A stretch of DNA of 64,000 nucleotides. Origin: Myxococcota bacterium (lineage in GTDB: Bacteria > Myxococcota_A > UBA796 > SXON01). The position numbers and the translations under genes are program-made. The stretch is taken from contig JAZKFH010000047.1 in assembly GCA_040386535.1 (NCBI GenBank), forward strand, positions 94,984-158,983. Direction: 5' to 3'. Below the pieces are notes generated by a model. That model was not told the DNA's origin and did no database searches. It saw only the letters and a list, made by a program, of their open reading frames with translations. Below, piece by piece: positions 40,621-50,250 of the stretch (position 1 is its first letter; every line of letters starts with the position of its first letter).

Positions 40621-42216
40621 ATGTATGACTTCGACTGGCTCGTCATCGGCTCGGGTTTCGGCGGCTCGGTCTCCGCGCACCGGCTCACCGAGAAGGGCTA
40701 CACCGTGGGCGTGCTCGAGATGGGCAAGCGGTGGGCCTCCGCCGACTTCCCCAAGACGAATTGGGACCTGAAGCGCTTCTTGTGGGCGCCGCTCGCCGGC
40801 TGCCACGGCATCTTCAAGATGACGCTCCTCCCGCACGTGTTCATCCTCTCCGGCGCCGGCGTGGGGGGTGGCAGCCTCGTGTATGCCAACACCCTGCTGG
40901 TGCCGCCGCCGCGCGCGTTCGAGGATCCCAAGTGGCGAGATCTGGCGGATTGGAAGGCCGTGCTCCCGCCCTTCTACGCCCTCGCCAAGCGCATGCTCGG
41001 CGCGGTCGAGACCAACAAGTTCTTCGCCGCGGACGAATTGGTGCGTGCCCACGCCAAACGGATCGGCCGCGAGGCGAGCTTCGCCCCCACCACGGTCGCC
41101 GTGTACTTCGGCGAGGCCGGCACGAGCACGCCCGACCCCTTCTTCGAGGGCGAGGGCCCCGCGCGCCAGGGGTGTAACTATTGCGGCGGGTGTATGGTCG
41201 GCTGCCGCTTCGGCGCCAAGAACACGCTCGACAAGAACTATCTGTACCTGGCCGAGAAGCGCGGCGCCGTCGTGTTCCCCGAGCGCCGGGTCACCCTGGT
41301 CGAGCCCCTCCCCGAGGGCGGATACCGCGTCCACACCGAGCGCTCCACCTCCCTGTTCCGCAAGGACCGCAAGGTCTTCACCGCCCGCGGGGTCGTCTTC
41401 TCGGCGGGTGTGCTCGGCACCGTCGATCTGTTGCTCAAGTGCAAGGAGCAGGGCGCGCTCGCGAAGCTCTCCGACCGCCTGGGTGATTTCGTGCGCACCA
41501 ACAGCGAGGCCGTGTTGGGTGTAACCGCGCGGGACCCCGCCAAGAAGATGAACCAGGGGGTCGCCATCGGCTCGCAGATCGAGCTCGACGACCACACGCA
41601 CCTCGAGCCCGTGCGCTATTCCTCCGGGTCCGACAGCCTCGCCCTCATCACCACGCCGCTCACCGACGGCGGCGGAAAGGTGCCCCGTTGGCTGCGTTGG
41701 ATGGGCGTGGTGCTCACCTCGCCGCTCGACGTGTTGCGCGGCTGGATGCCATTTGGGTGGGCCGAGCGCACGGTCATCCTGCTCGTGATGCAGACCCTCG
41801 ACAATCACATGCGCATCCGCCGCGGCCGCCGTTGGTTCTGGCCCTTCGATAAGCAGCTGGTCACGCAGATCCCCCCCGGCCAGCCTCCCGTGCCCACCTA
41901 CATCGCGAGCGCCAACGTGGCCGCGCGTGCCATCGCCAAGGACCTCGGCGGCATGGCCCGCAGCTCTGTCACCGAGGCCGTGCTCGACGTGCCCACGACC
42001 GCCCACATCCTCGGCGGCTGCGCGATGGGCACCTCCGCGGCCGACGGTGTCATCGACGCGAAGTGCCGCGTGTTCGGCTACGACCACATGATGGTCATCG
42101 ACGGCTCGATGATCGGCGCCAACCTCGGCGTCAACCCCTCGCTCACCATCACCGCCCTCGCGGAGCACGCCATGAGCCACGTGCCACGAAAAGGGGAGCC
42201 GGGCTCGGTGGGGTGA
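40621..42216 (+). CDS. GMC oxidoreductase (cholesterol oxidase-like)
   Basis: IGSGFGGSVSA, GVGGGSLVYAN, C..CG.CM.GC, TAHILGG, NLGVNPSLTITALAE. Confidence 0.92.
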   Translation: MYDFDWLVIGSGFGGSVSAHRLTEKGYTVGVLEMGKRWASADFPKTNWDLKRFLWAPLAGCHGIFKMTLLPHVFILSGAGVGGGSLVYANTLLVPPPRAFEDPKWRDLADWKAVLPPFYALAKRMLGAVETNKFFAADELVRAHAKRIGREASFAPTTVAVYFGEAGTSTPDPFFEGEGPARQGCNYCGGCMVGCRFGAKNTLDKNYLYLAEKRGAVVFPERRVTLVEPLPEGGYRVHTERSTSLFRKDRKVFTARGVVFSAGVLGTVDLLLKCKEQGALAKLSDRLGDFVRTNSEAVLGVTARDPAKKMNQGVAIGSQIELDDHTHLEPVRYSSGSDSLALITTPLTDGGGKVPRWLRWMGVVLTSPLDVLRGWMPFGWAERTVILLVMQTLDNHMRIRRGRRWFWPFDKQLVTQIPPGQPPVPTYIASANVAARAIAKDLGGMARSSVTEAVLDVPTTAHILGGCAMGTSAADGVIDAKCRVFGYDHMMVIDGSMIGANLGVNPSLTITALAEHAMSHVPRKGEPGSVG

Positions 42217-42430
42217 GTGGGGACCGGCCGGGCCGAACGGAACGGCCGGGTCGGCTGGGCGCCCCCCTGGGCGAGGACGCCCAGGGTCGGCCGGCTCCGG
42301 GCTCGGCGCGAGCGCCTCGGTCCCGCCCGATGCGGGCGGGGACCGGCCGCGCCCGAGCGCGCGTCCGCCCTCCGACGGCTTGGCGCGACCCGATCGCGAC
42401 CGCTGTCGCCGCCGTTCGTCCGCTCGCGCA

Positions 42431-42638
42431 GAGCCATGCCCCCGTGAACGCCGCAATCTCAGAGTCATGCCCACTCGAACGCCCGCGCGGACCGCCGACG
42501 CGGATCCGCGGCACGGACCAACCGCCACAATTCAGCGCGCGCCCTGCCCCCAACGTCGGCGTGCGGCCCTGGATCCCCGGGATCGCGCATTCACGGTGGC
42601 ATGACTCCGAAAAGGACGCATTCGATCGGGCATGACCC
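42431..42638. repeat. Four copies of a ~21-bp motif, two direct then two inverted, each pair spaced 31 bp
   Basis: GAGYCATGCC-N5-GAAYGC at 42431 and 42462; reverse complements ending at 42607 and 42638. Confidence 0.75.
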
Positions 42639-42752
42639 CCACCTTCGTGCCGATCGAGGGGATCGCGTCTGCTTGGAATTGGCGCCCGCCGCACCGCGGT
42701 AGCCGGCGCCCTCCCCGCGCCGACCAGATACAAAGCGCGGGGAGGCGCCCAG

Positions 42753-43865
42753 GTGCCAGGGATCGATTCCAGCGGCCGTCGTCCAGCACTCCCCCTCCTC
42801 GCACGGGTGGCGCTCGTCGCGGCGGCGCTCGTCGCGGCGGCGTTCGTCCAGGCCGCGCTCGTCCATGCCGCGGCCGCGGCGGAGGGCCCCGCCCCGGCCC
42901 CCTTGTTCGGCGAGCCCCCCCTCTCCGGCGGCACCGTCGCCACCGATCTGTTCGGCGCCGACGGCACCTTCCGCGCCGCCCTCATCGGCGACGGCGGCTC
43001 CCGCCCCGCCGATCCGTTCCCCCGCGCGCTCGTCGCCAGCATCGGCACCACCTGCGCCGAGGGCCCCGCCTGTGACGCCGCGGTGCTGCTCGGCGACAAC
43101 TTCTACGGCCTCGGTGTGCTCGGCCTGGCGTTCCCCGAGGGCCCGATGATGCGGCGGCGGTTCCACGCCCGTTACGCGGCGCTCGGGTTTCCGTTCTTCG
43201 CCGTGCTCGGCAACCACGAGTACCTCTCACCCGCGCCCCTCGCGTCGGTACGCCACGCCGCTCGCCATCCCGACGGCGTGCCCGAGTGGATTCAACCGTT
43301 GCGCTACTGGGCCGCCCGCGACGGCGACGATCTCGAGCTCCTCTTCCTCGACACCATGGCCCTCATCGGCGAAACCCCCTTCATCGCCCTCCGCGATCGC
43401 CAGCTCGCCTGGCTCCGCGACCATTGCGCGTCGTCCCCCGCGCCGCGCCGCCGCATCGCGTTCGGGCATCACCCCGCGATCACGTTCGGCAAGTACCGCG
43501 ACACCCCCGCCGAGCTGCTCTCGCCCGAGACCATGGAGGTGCTCATCGCCTGCGGCGTGCGCCACTACGCGTCCGGCCACGACCACCACCTCCAACGTAT
43601 CGATCTGACCACGCCCGACGGCGACGTGTTCCACCAGGTCGTCTCCGGCAAGGGCGGCGTGGTCCGCGAGCCCTACCCGTTTGCCGACGAACCCACACGT
43701 GCCAACCCCCTCGCCCGCCGCTGGGGTGGCACATCCTGGTTGCCCACCCTCGCCACGGACCACTCGGGCGACCTTCCGACCAACGCCTACGTCGGCTGGG
43801 CCGATCTGGTCGTCACCCGCGACGGAGCGGTGTCCGCGCGCCTCGTTCGGACCGAGGAGCCCTGA
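42753..43865 (+). CDS. Calcineurin-like metallophosphoesterase (purple acid phosphatase-like)
   Basis: IGDGG, GDNFY, GNHEY, GHHP, GHDH motifs; start uncertain. Confidence 0.88.
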   Translation: MPGIDSSGRRPALPLLARVALVAAALVAAAFVQAALVHAAAAAEGPAPAPLFGEPPLSGGTVATDLFGADGTFRAALIGDGGSRPADPFPRALVASIGTTCAEGPACDAAVLLGDNFYGLGVLGLAFPEGPMMRRRFHARYAALGFPFFAVLGNHEYLSPAPLASVRHAARHPDGVPEWIQPLRYWAARDGDDLELLFLDTMALIGETPFIALRDRQLAWLRDHCASSPAPRRRIAFGHHPAITFGKYRDTPAELLSPETMEVLIACGVRHYASGHDHHLQRIDLTTPDGDVFHQVVSGKGGVVREPYPFADEPTRANPLARRWGGTSWLPTLATDHSGDLPTNAYVGWADLVVTRDGAVSARLVRTEEP

Positions 43866-43988
43866 CGTTGCGTACGACGTTGGACATGACGTGGCCGCGT
43901 CGCAATGCACGTCCAACACATCGCGTGACACGAAAACACGGACCCGCCCCAGGTGCGTGCACACGATGAGGGCAGGAGCCACCGCGCC

Positions 43989-44291
43989 ATGCCCGACCCC
44001 GTCGATCCCGCCGTCCCCACCCCCAACGTCCCCACCCCCAGCGTCCCAAGCGTCCCCACCCCCGGTGCCCCTGGCCCGGCGGATCCCGGGCCTCCGCACG
44101 CGCCGGTCCGCGATCCGCAGGTCCCCGACGCGCCCGCGGCCCCCGTGCGCGACCCCGAGCGAGCCCCGCCCCAGGAGGATCCGGGCCCGCCCCCGGCGCC
44201 CCAGGAGGAGCCGCCCACCGAGCGCCCCCTGCCCGGCGGAGAGCCGCCGCCCGGCGATCCGCCCTCGGAGCAGCCGCCGCTCCAGCTCTGA
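43989..44291 (+). CDS. Small Pro-rich disordered protein
   Basis: AGGAG RBS; PTP/PVRDP/PPQE repeats; 100 aa. Confidence 0.6.
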   Translation: MPDPVDPAVPTPNVPTPSVPSVPTPGAPGPADPGPPHAPVRDPQVPDAPAAPVRDPERAPPQEDPGPPPAPQEEPPTERPLPGGEPPPGDPPSEQPPLQL

Positions 44292-44486
44292 TGCCGGCGT
44301 GACATCCGGGGCGCCCCGGCTTCGCCGTCGGCCCCCTCCCGGCTCGGCGCAAGCGCCTCGGTCCGCACGCCACGCCTCCCGGCGCGACATGCGGGACCGG
44401 CCGGGCCGGGCCCGGCCGCCGTCCGGTCGCCTGGCGCGGGCCCTCCGGGGCTCCATCCCCGTCCGCCCGGGGATAGGTGGGCGCCC

Positions 44487-45884
44487 ATGTCCACCGCTCC
44501 CGTCGACGCCGTCGCCACTCGCGCCCGCTCCCAGTTCCCCCAGTCGCTCGCGCGGCTGTGTGACTACCTGCGCATCCCCGCCATCTCGTGCGATCCGGCG
44601 CACGCCGCCGACGTGCGCACCCTCGCCGCGCGGGTGGCCGCCGATCTCGCGGCGCTCGGCTTCTCCGAGGCCCGTGTCCGCGAGGTCCGCGACGCGCTCC
44701 CCATCGTGACCGCGGAGTGGCTCGGCGCGCCGGGCAAGCCGACGATCCTCATCTACGGGCACCTCGACCTTCAGCCCGTCAAGGGCGAGGTGTGGGCGAG
44801 CCCGCCCCACGAGCCCACGGTGCGTGACGGCCGGCTCTACGCGCGGGGCGCCGCCGACGACATGGGCGGGTGGGTCAGCCACCTCGCCGCGCTCGGGGCG
44901 TGGCTGGAGGAGACCGGCACGCTCCCGGCCAACATCAAGCTGGTGATCGAGGGCGAGGAGGAGATCGGCAGCCCCAACCTCGAGCGCTACATGGACGCGT
45001 TCCCCGACGCCTTCGCGTCCGACGTCATGGTGCTCACCGACTGTGAGAACCCCTCTCCGGACATCCCCGGCCTCACGACGTCGCTCCGCGGCCTGATGGA
45101 GTGCACCGTGCGGTGCGAGGCCCTCGAGGCCGACGTGCACTCGGGCCTCTGGGGCGGCATGGTGCCCGACGTTTCGCTCGCGCTCGTGACGCTCATCGCG
45201 CGCCTCGTCGACGACAACGGGCGCCTCAAGCACCCGCGCGCCGACGTGCCCGTGGCGTGGTCGGCGGCCGCGTGGGACGTGCCGCTCTCCGCCGAGGTCA
45301 TCCGCTCCGGCGCCCACCTCTGCCCCGGCATCGAGCCGCTCCCCACCGAGGGCGCGCCCCCCGCGGAGCACCTGTGGCGCCAGCCCGCGGTCACCGTCGT
45401 GTCCACCACGCTGCCGACGATCGACCGCAAGAAGAACGCCCTCCGCATGTCCGCCGAGGCGATCCTCTCGGTGCGCGTCGCGCCCGGCCAGGACGACGAC
45501 GTGATGCGCGCCGCCTTGCGCGCCGAGCTCGAGCGCGACGCGCCGGGCGGCGTGAAGGTGACGGTCGACATCTCCGCCGGGCCCTCCGGCGCGTGGCTGT
45601 ACACCCCCAAGGGCCCCGCCTTCGCGGCGGCCGACCGCGCCTACGTCAAGGCGTGGGGCCGGCCGCTCCTCCAGGTCGGCGTGGGCGGCTCGATCCCGTT
45701 CGTGGCGCTGTTCGGGCGCCGCTTCGGGGACCTGCCGCTCATCCTCAACGGGGTCATCGATCCGCAGACCACGGCGCACGGCCCCAACGAGAGCCTGCAC
45801 CTCGGCGTGTTCGAGAAGGCGATCGTCGCGAACGTCTACTTGTACGACGAGCTGGCGGCCGTGGCCGAATTGGTCCGCGGGTAG
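44487..45884 (+). CDS. M20/M25/M40 family metallopeptidase (dipeptidase-like)
   Basis: YGHLDLQP, LYARGAADD, EGEEEIGS, GGSIPF, HGPNE. Confidence 0.93.
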   Translation: MSTAPVDAVATRARSQFPQSLARLCDYLRIPAISCDPAHAADVRTLAARVAADLAALGFSEARVREVRDALPIVTAEWLGAPGKPTILIYGHLDLQPVKGEVWASPPHEPTVRDGRLYARGAADDMGGWVSHLAALGAWLEETGTLPANIKLVIEGEEEIGSPNLERYMDAFPDAFASDVMVLTDCENPSPDIPGLTTSLRGLMECTVRCEALEADVHSGLWGGMVPDVSLALVTLIARLVDDNGRLKHPRADVPVAWSAAAWDVPLSAEVIRSGAHLCPGIEPLPTEGAPPAEHLWRQPAVTVVSTTLPTIDRKKNALRMSAEAILSVRVAPGQDDDVMRAALRAELERDAPGGVKVTVDISAGPSGAWLYTPKGPAFAAADRAYVKAWGRPLLQVGVGGSIPFVALFGRRFGDLPLILNGVIDPQTTAHGPNESLHLGVFEKAIVANVYLYDELAAVAELVRG

Positions 45885-45905
45885 CGATCGCCGCCAAACC
45901 CGGCG

Positions 45906-48080
45906 CTAGTCTTCTTCGGGATCGAGGCCCAGGAAGGGCTCGAGCGCGGCGTTGTTTCCGTTCGCGCCCACCGCCGGGATCTCCACCAACTTGTGCAGCG
46001 CGCGGCCGGTCCCGTCGTTGATGACGCTGACTTGGTCTCCGGTGTGTCCGTTCGGCACGAAGATCTGCGGGTGATCGAACGGCGCCTTCTCGTGGCGCAC
46101 CCGGTCGTCCGTGAGCGTGAGCAGGAAACGCACGAGGGCTTGTTCGCCGGTCACCGTGTAGCCGTCGATCTCCCTGGTGAGCTCCCCGAGGCCGAGGCGC
46201 TGGATGTCGGGGTCGAGGTTGCTACAGTTCTCGGCGAACCCGGTGGTGTCGCAGTCGTCCCGGTTCAGGCGGTCCCCGCCGCGATCGTAGAACGCCACGA
46301 CCTGGGCGAGCGTGGCCTGCCCGCCGTTGTGGAAGTACGGCCCGGTCAGGTCGACGTTGCGCAGGGTGGGGGTCTTGAAGGCGCCGTCGACCGCGACCCG
46401 CTCCCCGAGCACGATGGGGCCGGGCACCTCGAACTTGTCGGTGTCGAAGTCGAAGTCGTCGATCACGTTGCCGGTGGCGGCTTGCCGCGCGAACGAGAGG
46501 GGGAAGCCGAGCAGGGCGCCGCCGACCCCGAGGTCCTCGAAGGTGGGGCGCACACCGATGTTGTAGAAGCCGCCGTCATACAGGGCAACCCCGCCGTCTC
46601 CCATCACCATCCGCTCGATCGGCTCCTCGTTCCCGAACGGTTCGTTGGCACGCAGCCGCACCGTGGCACCGGTGAACTCGGCCCCCACGTGACAGTTGAT
46701 ACACTTGCCTTCGTTGAGGAACACGCTCAGGCCGAACTGTTCCACCTCGTCCAGGGCGTGGTCGTCGCCCTCCATGAACGCGTCGAAGGGCGTCTCGTCG
46801 GAGACCAGGGTGGCCTCGTACAGCTGCACGGCGAGGCCGAAGAACAGCGAGAAGTTCACCTCGAGCTGGGTGAAGCCGCCGGTGGTCACCGGATCGCCGT
46901 TGATGTCGAACCGGCCGGTGCCGGCCCAGTACTTGTCCTGGAACGCGCGTTGCACGAGCACCTGGTACGTGGTGTTCAGGCCGTTGCCGACCGGGGCGCG
47001 CCAGGCGCCCAACACGCTGTCGTTCGGGTCGACCTTCTGGTAGCCGAGGGGTGCGCGGGGACGGAGCTTCTTCCCGAGGTCCGGAAAGGAGCGGGTGGCG
47101 CAGCTCATCTCGAAGTCGGAGAGCGGGGGCCCGACGGCCTGGGAGGCGAGGCTGGCGTTGTCGATGCGCACCTGCACCTTCTTGACCCGCCCGTTGTTCT
47201 GCCGCTCGAGGATGCCGGGGTTGGGGTTGTCCGGCGTGGCCTGCAGGCCCCGCTCCCCGAACGGGTTGAGCCCGTTGAAGATGTTGTTGGCGCGGCCGTC
47301 CCAGAAGTTGCGGTGATTGAAGACGGCGTTGATCGTCGTGGGCGAATTGCGGGGCTCCACCTTGCGTACGGCGATCCCGTCGACCTGGAACGTCGCGTTG
47401 TCGGCGGCCCCACACTTGTCCCGCTTGAGCCTCTTCACGTTGGGCTGCACGACGGCCGCGGACACGAAGCCCCCGTCGAAGGTGCCCTGGGAGGACGTGG
47501 CGTCGTTCATGTCGAAGCAGTCGTCGTCGTCGAAGTCGACCAGCCCGTCACCGTCGTTGTCGTCGCCATCCACACACGAGTTCCGGTCGTCCGGGTCCTC
47601 CAATCGGTGGAAGGGATAGTCGTCCGGCACGAGGATGTAGTTGGGCCCGGCTTGGGCGCCGGATCCGGTCAGGCCGTTCTCGTCGCCGAACGCCAGGTCC
47701 GGGTCGGGCGCACGCGAGGGATCGTCGACGATGGTGAGGCCCGGCGAGAGTTGGTTCTTCTCCCGGCTGTCCGCACCGGCGTGGAAGTGGCAACTCGCGC
47801 AGGCCACGCTGTCACTGCCCACCTGCATGTCCCAGAACAGGGCCTTTCCGAGCAGGATGGCGGCCTGCTTGTCCTTCACGAAGTCAGCGAGCTGCGACGG
47901 CTCGGGGACCCGCACGTCGTCGAGTGGGCCAAGGCCCAACGAGGCCGCCTCGTCGCGAACGGACGTGCCACCCGTATCCAGATCCCCGGTCTCCTCTCCG
48001 GGCGGCACGGCCCAGGAAGCCCCCGTCCAGACCGCGATGGCCATGCCGAGGGACGTTACACCGAGCATACGACTGGTCAT
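45906..48080 (-). CDS. Di-heme cytochrome c peroxidase/MauG family protein
   Basis: LGKALFWD, CASCH, FWDGRA, CINCH, FKTPTLRNV..TGPYFHNG; signal peptide; alternative start 48089. Confidence 0.9.
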   Translation of the reverse strand: MTSRMLGVTSLGMAIAVWTGASWAVPPGEETGDLDTGGTSVRDEAASLGLGPLDDVRVPEPSQLADFVKDKQAAILLGKALFWDMQVGSDSVACASCHFHAGADSREKNQLSPGLTIVDDPSRAPDPDLAFGDENGLTGSGAQAGPNYILVPDDYPFHRLEDPDDRNSCVDGDDNDGDGLVDFDDDDCFDMNDATSSQGTFDGGFVSAAVVQPNVKRLKRDKCGAADNATFQVDGIAVRKVEPRNSPTTINAVFNHRNFWDGRANNIFNGLNPFGERGLQATPDNPNPGILERQNNGRVKKVQVRIDNASLASQAVGPPLSDFEMSCATRSFPDLGKKLRPRAPLGYQKVDPNDSVLGAWRAPVGNGLNTTYQVLVQRAFQDKYWAGTGRFDINGDPVTTGGFTQLEVNFSLFFGLAVQLYEATLVSDETPFDAFMEGDDHALDEVEQFGLSVFLNEGKCINCHVGAEFTGATVRLRANEPFGNEEPIERMVMGDGGVALYDGGFYNIGVRPTFEDLGVGGALLGFPLSFARQAATGNVIDDFDFDTDKFEVPGPIVLGERVAVDGAFKTPTLRNVDLTGPYFHNGGQATLAQVVAFYDRGGDRLNRDDCDTTGFAENCSNLDPDIQRLGLGELTREIDGYTVTGEQALVRFLLTLTDDRVRHEKAPFDHPQIFVPNGHTGDQVSVINDGTGRALHKLVEIPAVGANGNNAALEPFLGLDPEED

Positions 48081-48269
48081 TCCAAACACTCCCCTGTGAC
48101 GCAGCCATCCGCCCGCGCCCGCGCCCGCGCCTGATCAAGGTCCCGCTCCGTTTGGATGGGTCAGTCCTTGTCGGCGCGGGGCGCGGGTCGGGTTCCGGTG
48201 GCTACGGGTCGAAGGTACGCGCCCGGTCGGGGTCGGCAAGAAGCGCGAGCGGCGCCGCTCCGGGGGTGC

Positions 48270-48821
48270 TCACCCGCCCGTCACGACCCCAGCGACGCCA
48301 AACCCCACCACGGCCACGAGCAGGATTTCCACCACCGCCCAGGCGCCCACCCGCGGATCGGGGGCGGTGATTCCGGCGGGCTCGCGGTCGCCGACCTGCG
48401 CGCCCAGCGCCAGGCCGATCGCCGCGCCCACGGTGATCAGGGCCACCTCGGTCAGGCGCGTGTCGCCGACCACGTAGAGGACCACGGCGCTCGTGAGGCC
48501 GGCGGCGACGAGTCCGGCGCGCCCCGCCACGCCGAGGGTGGCGCCGGGCGCGAAACGCGTCGCCACGCGCGGCGCGAGCAGGGCGCTGACCACGGCCGCG
48601 AGCGGCAGCACGGTGAGGGCGTCTTCCGGGTGGAGCCCGCCACTGGTGAGGGGCTGGAAGCCGACCGCGAACCCCACGGCCACGGCCGCGGCGCCCACGC
48701 GGTCCGTGCGATGGAGCGTGCCCTTCGAGATCATCGACGCGAACACCAACACCAGGGAGGAGGCGACGGCCGGGAGGCCGAGATCGCGGAGGATCAGGAG
48801 GAGCGCGGAGAGGGGAGGCAT
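48270..48821 (-). CDS. Hypothetical integral membrane protein
   Basis: About 6 hydrophobic segments in 183 aa. Confidence 0.6.
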   Translation of the reverse strand: MPPLSALLLILRDLGLPAVASSLVLVFASMISKGTLHRTDRVGAAAVAVGFAVGFQPLTSGGLHPEDALTVLPLAAVVSALLAPRVATRFAPGATLGVAGRAGLVAAGLTSAVVLYVVGDTRLTEVALITVGAAIGLALGAQVGDREPAGITAPDPRVGAWAVVEILLVAVVGFGVAGVVTGG

Positions 48822-48886
48822 CGCGTGGGGGCCTAACGTGTCGACGCGACCGCGCGCCCGGCGCCGGGTCCGGTCATACTCGGCCG

Positions 48887-50221
48887 ATGCTCCTGCTCGC
48901 CACCGCGCCCCTCGCCCTCGCCGCCGCGCCCGTCGTCGCCCCCGTCGCGGACGCCGCCTGCGCCACGCCCGCCGTGCTCCACGCGCTCGCCGGGCGCGCG
49001 CCCGCCCCGTTCCCCGAGGTCCTCGTCGCCCCGCCCGGGCTCGGCGTGCGCCGCTCCGGATCCGCCCCGCCCGGGCCCGGCAAGCAGGTGTACGGCACGC
49101 CCTTCACCCGGCACCTCGACACCGCCAACTTCACGATCAATTGGGAGTCCGGCGCCGCCACGGACGCCGCCGCGCAGGCCGCCGCCGATGCGCTGGAGGG
49201 CGCCTGGACCGTGTTCCTCGACGAGGAGGGCTGGGCGCCGCCCGTGTCGTCCGACACGTACCTCGTGTGGGTCGTGCTCGATCCGTCGCTCGGCGGCAGC
49301 ACCGGGTACACCACCGAATACGTCACCGACGAATTCCCCGAGGGGTACCCGGTCATCTACCTCAACCCCGACTACGCCGGCGACGCGCCCTTCTGGGGCG
49401 CCCTGGCCGCCCACGAATTCATGCACACGCTGCAATACCGCGTGCGGGAGTGGCAGGGCACGGATCCGTCGGAGTCGTGGTATTGGGAGGCCTCCGCCAC
49501 GTGGGCCAGCGAGCTCGCCGATCCGGACCGGGACGGCCACCAATACACCAGCGCCTGGTACGCCGATCAGCCGGGGCTGCGCTACGACTCCCAGGTGGGC
49601 TTCCACCAATACGGGATGTTCGTGCTCAACGCCTGGTTGGACGAGTGGGTTGGCACCAACGGTATGCGGGAGGTGTGGTCGCTCGGCGAGGAGCGGCAGG
49701 ACGACACGTGGGACACGCTGCTCGCCGAGATCGGAGACGTATCTGCCGACGAGCTCTGGGCGGGGTTCGCCGGGGCGTATGGCAACGAACAGTTGGCCGA
49801 GTCCGACCTCTACACCCGGGCGGCGGTGGTCGGGGTCTTGGAACACGGTGCGTCCGGCATGCTCCCGCGGCTGGGCACCGCCTACTACCGCGTGGACGCC
49901 GACGCCACGGTGCAGGCCGAGGGCCCCGTGGTCCTCGCGGGCGCGGACGGCGCGGGCCCCGTCGTGCACGTGGCGGCGGGCGACCGGCTCGCGGTCACCG
50001 GCAGCGAGGACGGCGCCGCGTACACGCTCCGCGTCACCGACCCCGATGCCGACACCGACACCGACACCGACATCGACGAGGACGGCGACACCGCGCTCGT
50101 CGACGACAACGATGCGGAAGACCCCCGCGGCGGCTGCGGATGCCACGGGTCGGCCGGGGCGGGCTCTGGCGCCCTCGGGCTGCTCGCGCTGGGCCTGCTG
50201 GGCGCGCGGCGTCGGCGGTAG
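48887..50221 (+). CDS. Surface zinc metallopeptidase with MYXO-CTERM
   Basis: AHEFMHTLQY..WEASATW (HExxH+E); GGCGC..LLALGLLGARRRR tail. Confidence 0.85.
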   Translation: MLLLATAPLALAAAPVVAPVADAACATPAVLHALAGRAPAPFPEVLVAPPGLGVRRSGSAPPGPGKQVYGTPFTRHLDTANFTINWESGAATDAAAQAAADALEGAWTVFLDEEGWAPPVSSDTYLVWVVLDPSLGGSTGYTTEYVTDEFPEGYPVIYLNPDYAGDAPFWGALAAHEFMHTLQYRVREWQGTDPSESWYWEASATWASELADPDRDGHQYTSAWYADQPGLRYDSQVGFHQYGMFVLNAWLDEWVGTNGMREVWSLGEERQDDTWDTLLAEIGDVSADELWAGFAGAYGNEQLAESDLYTRAAVVGVLEHGASGMLPRLGTAYYRVDADATVQAEGPVVLAGADGAGPVVHVAAGDRLAVTGSEDGAAYTLRVTDPDADTDTDTDIDEDGDTALVDDNDAEDPRGGCGCHGSAGAGSGALGLLALGLLGARRRR

Positions 50222-50250
50222 CGGTCCCACGGTTGCATATCCGACGGGGC

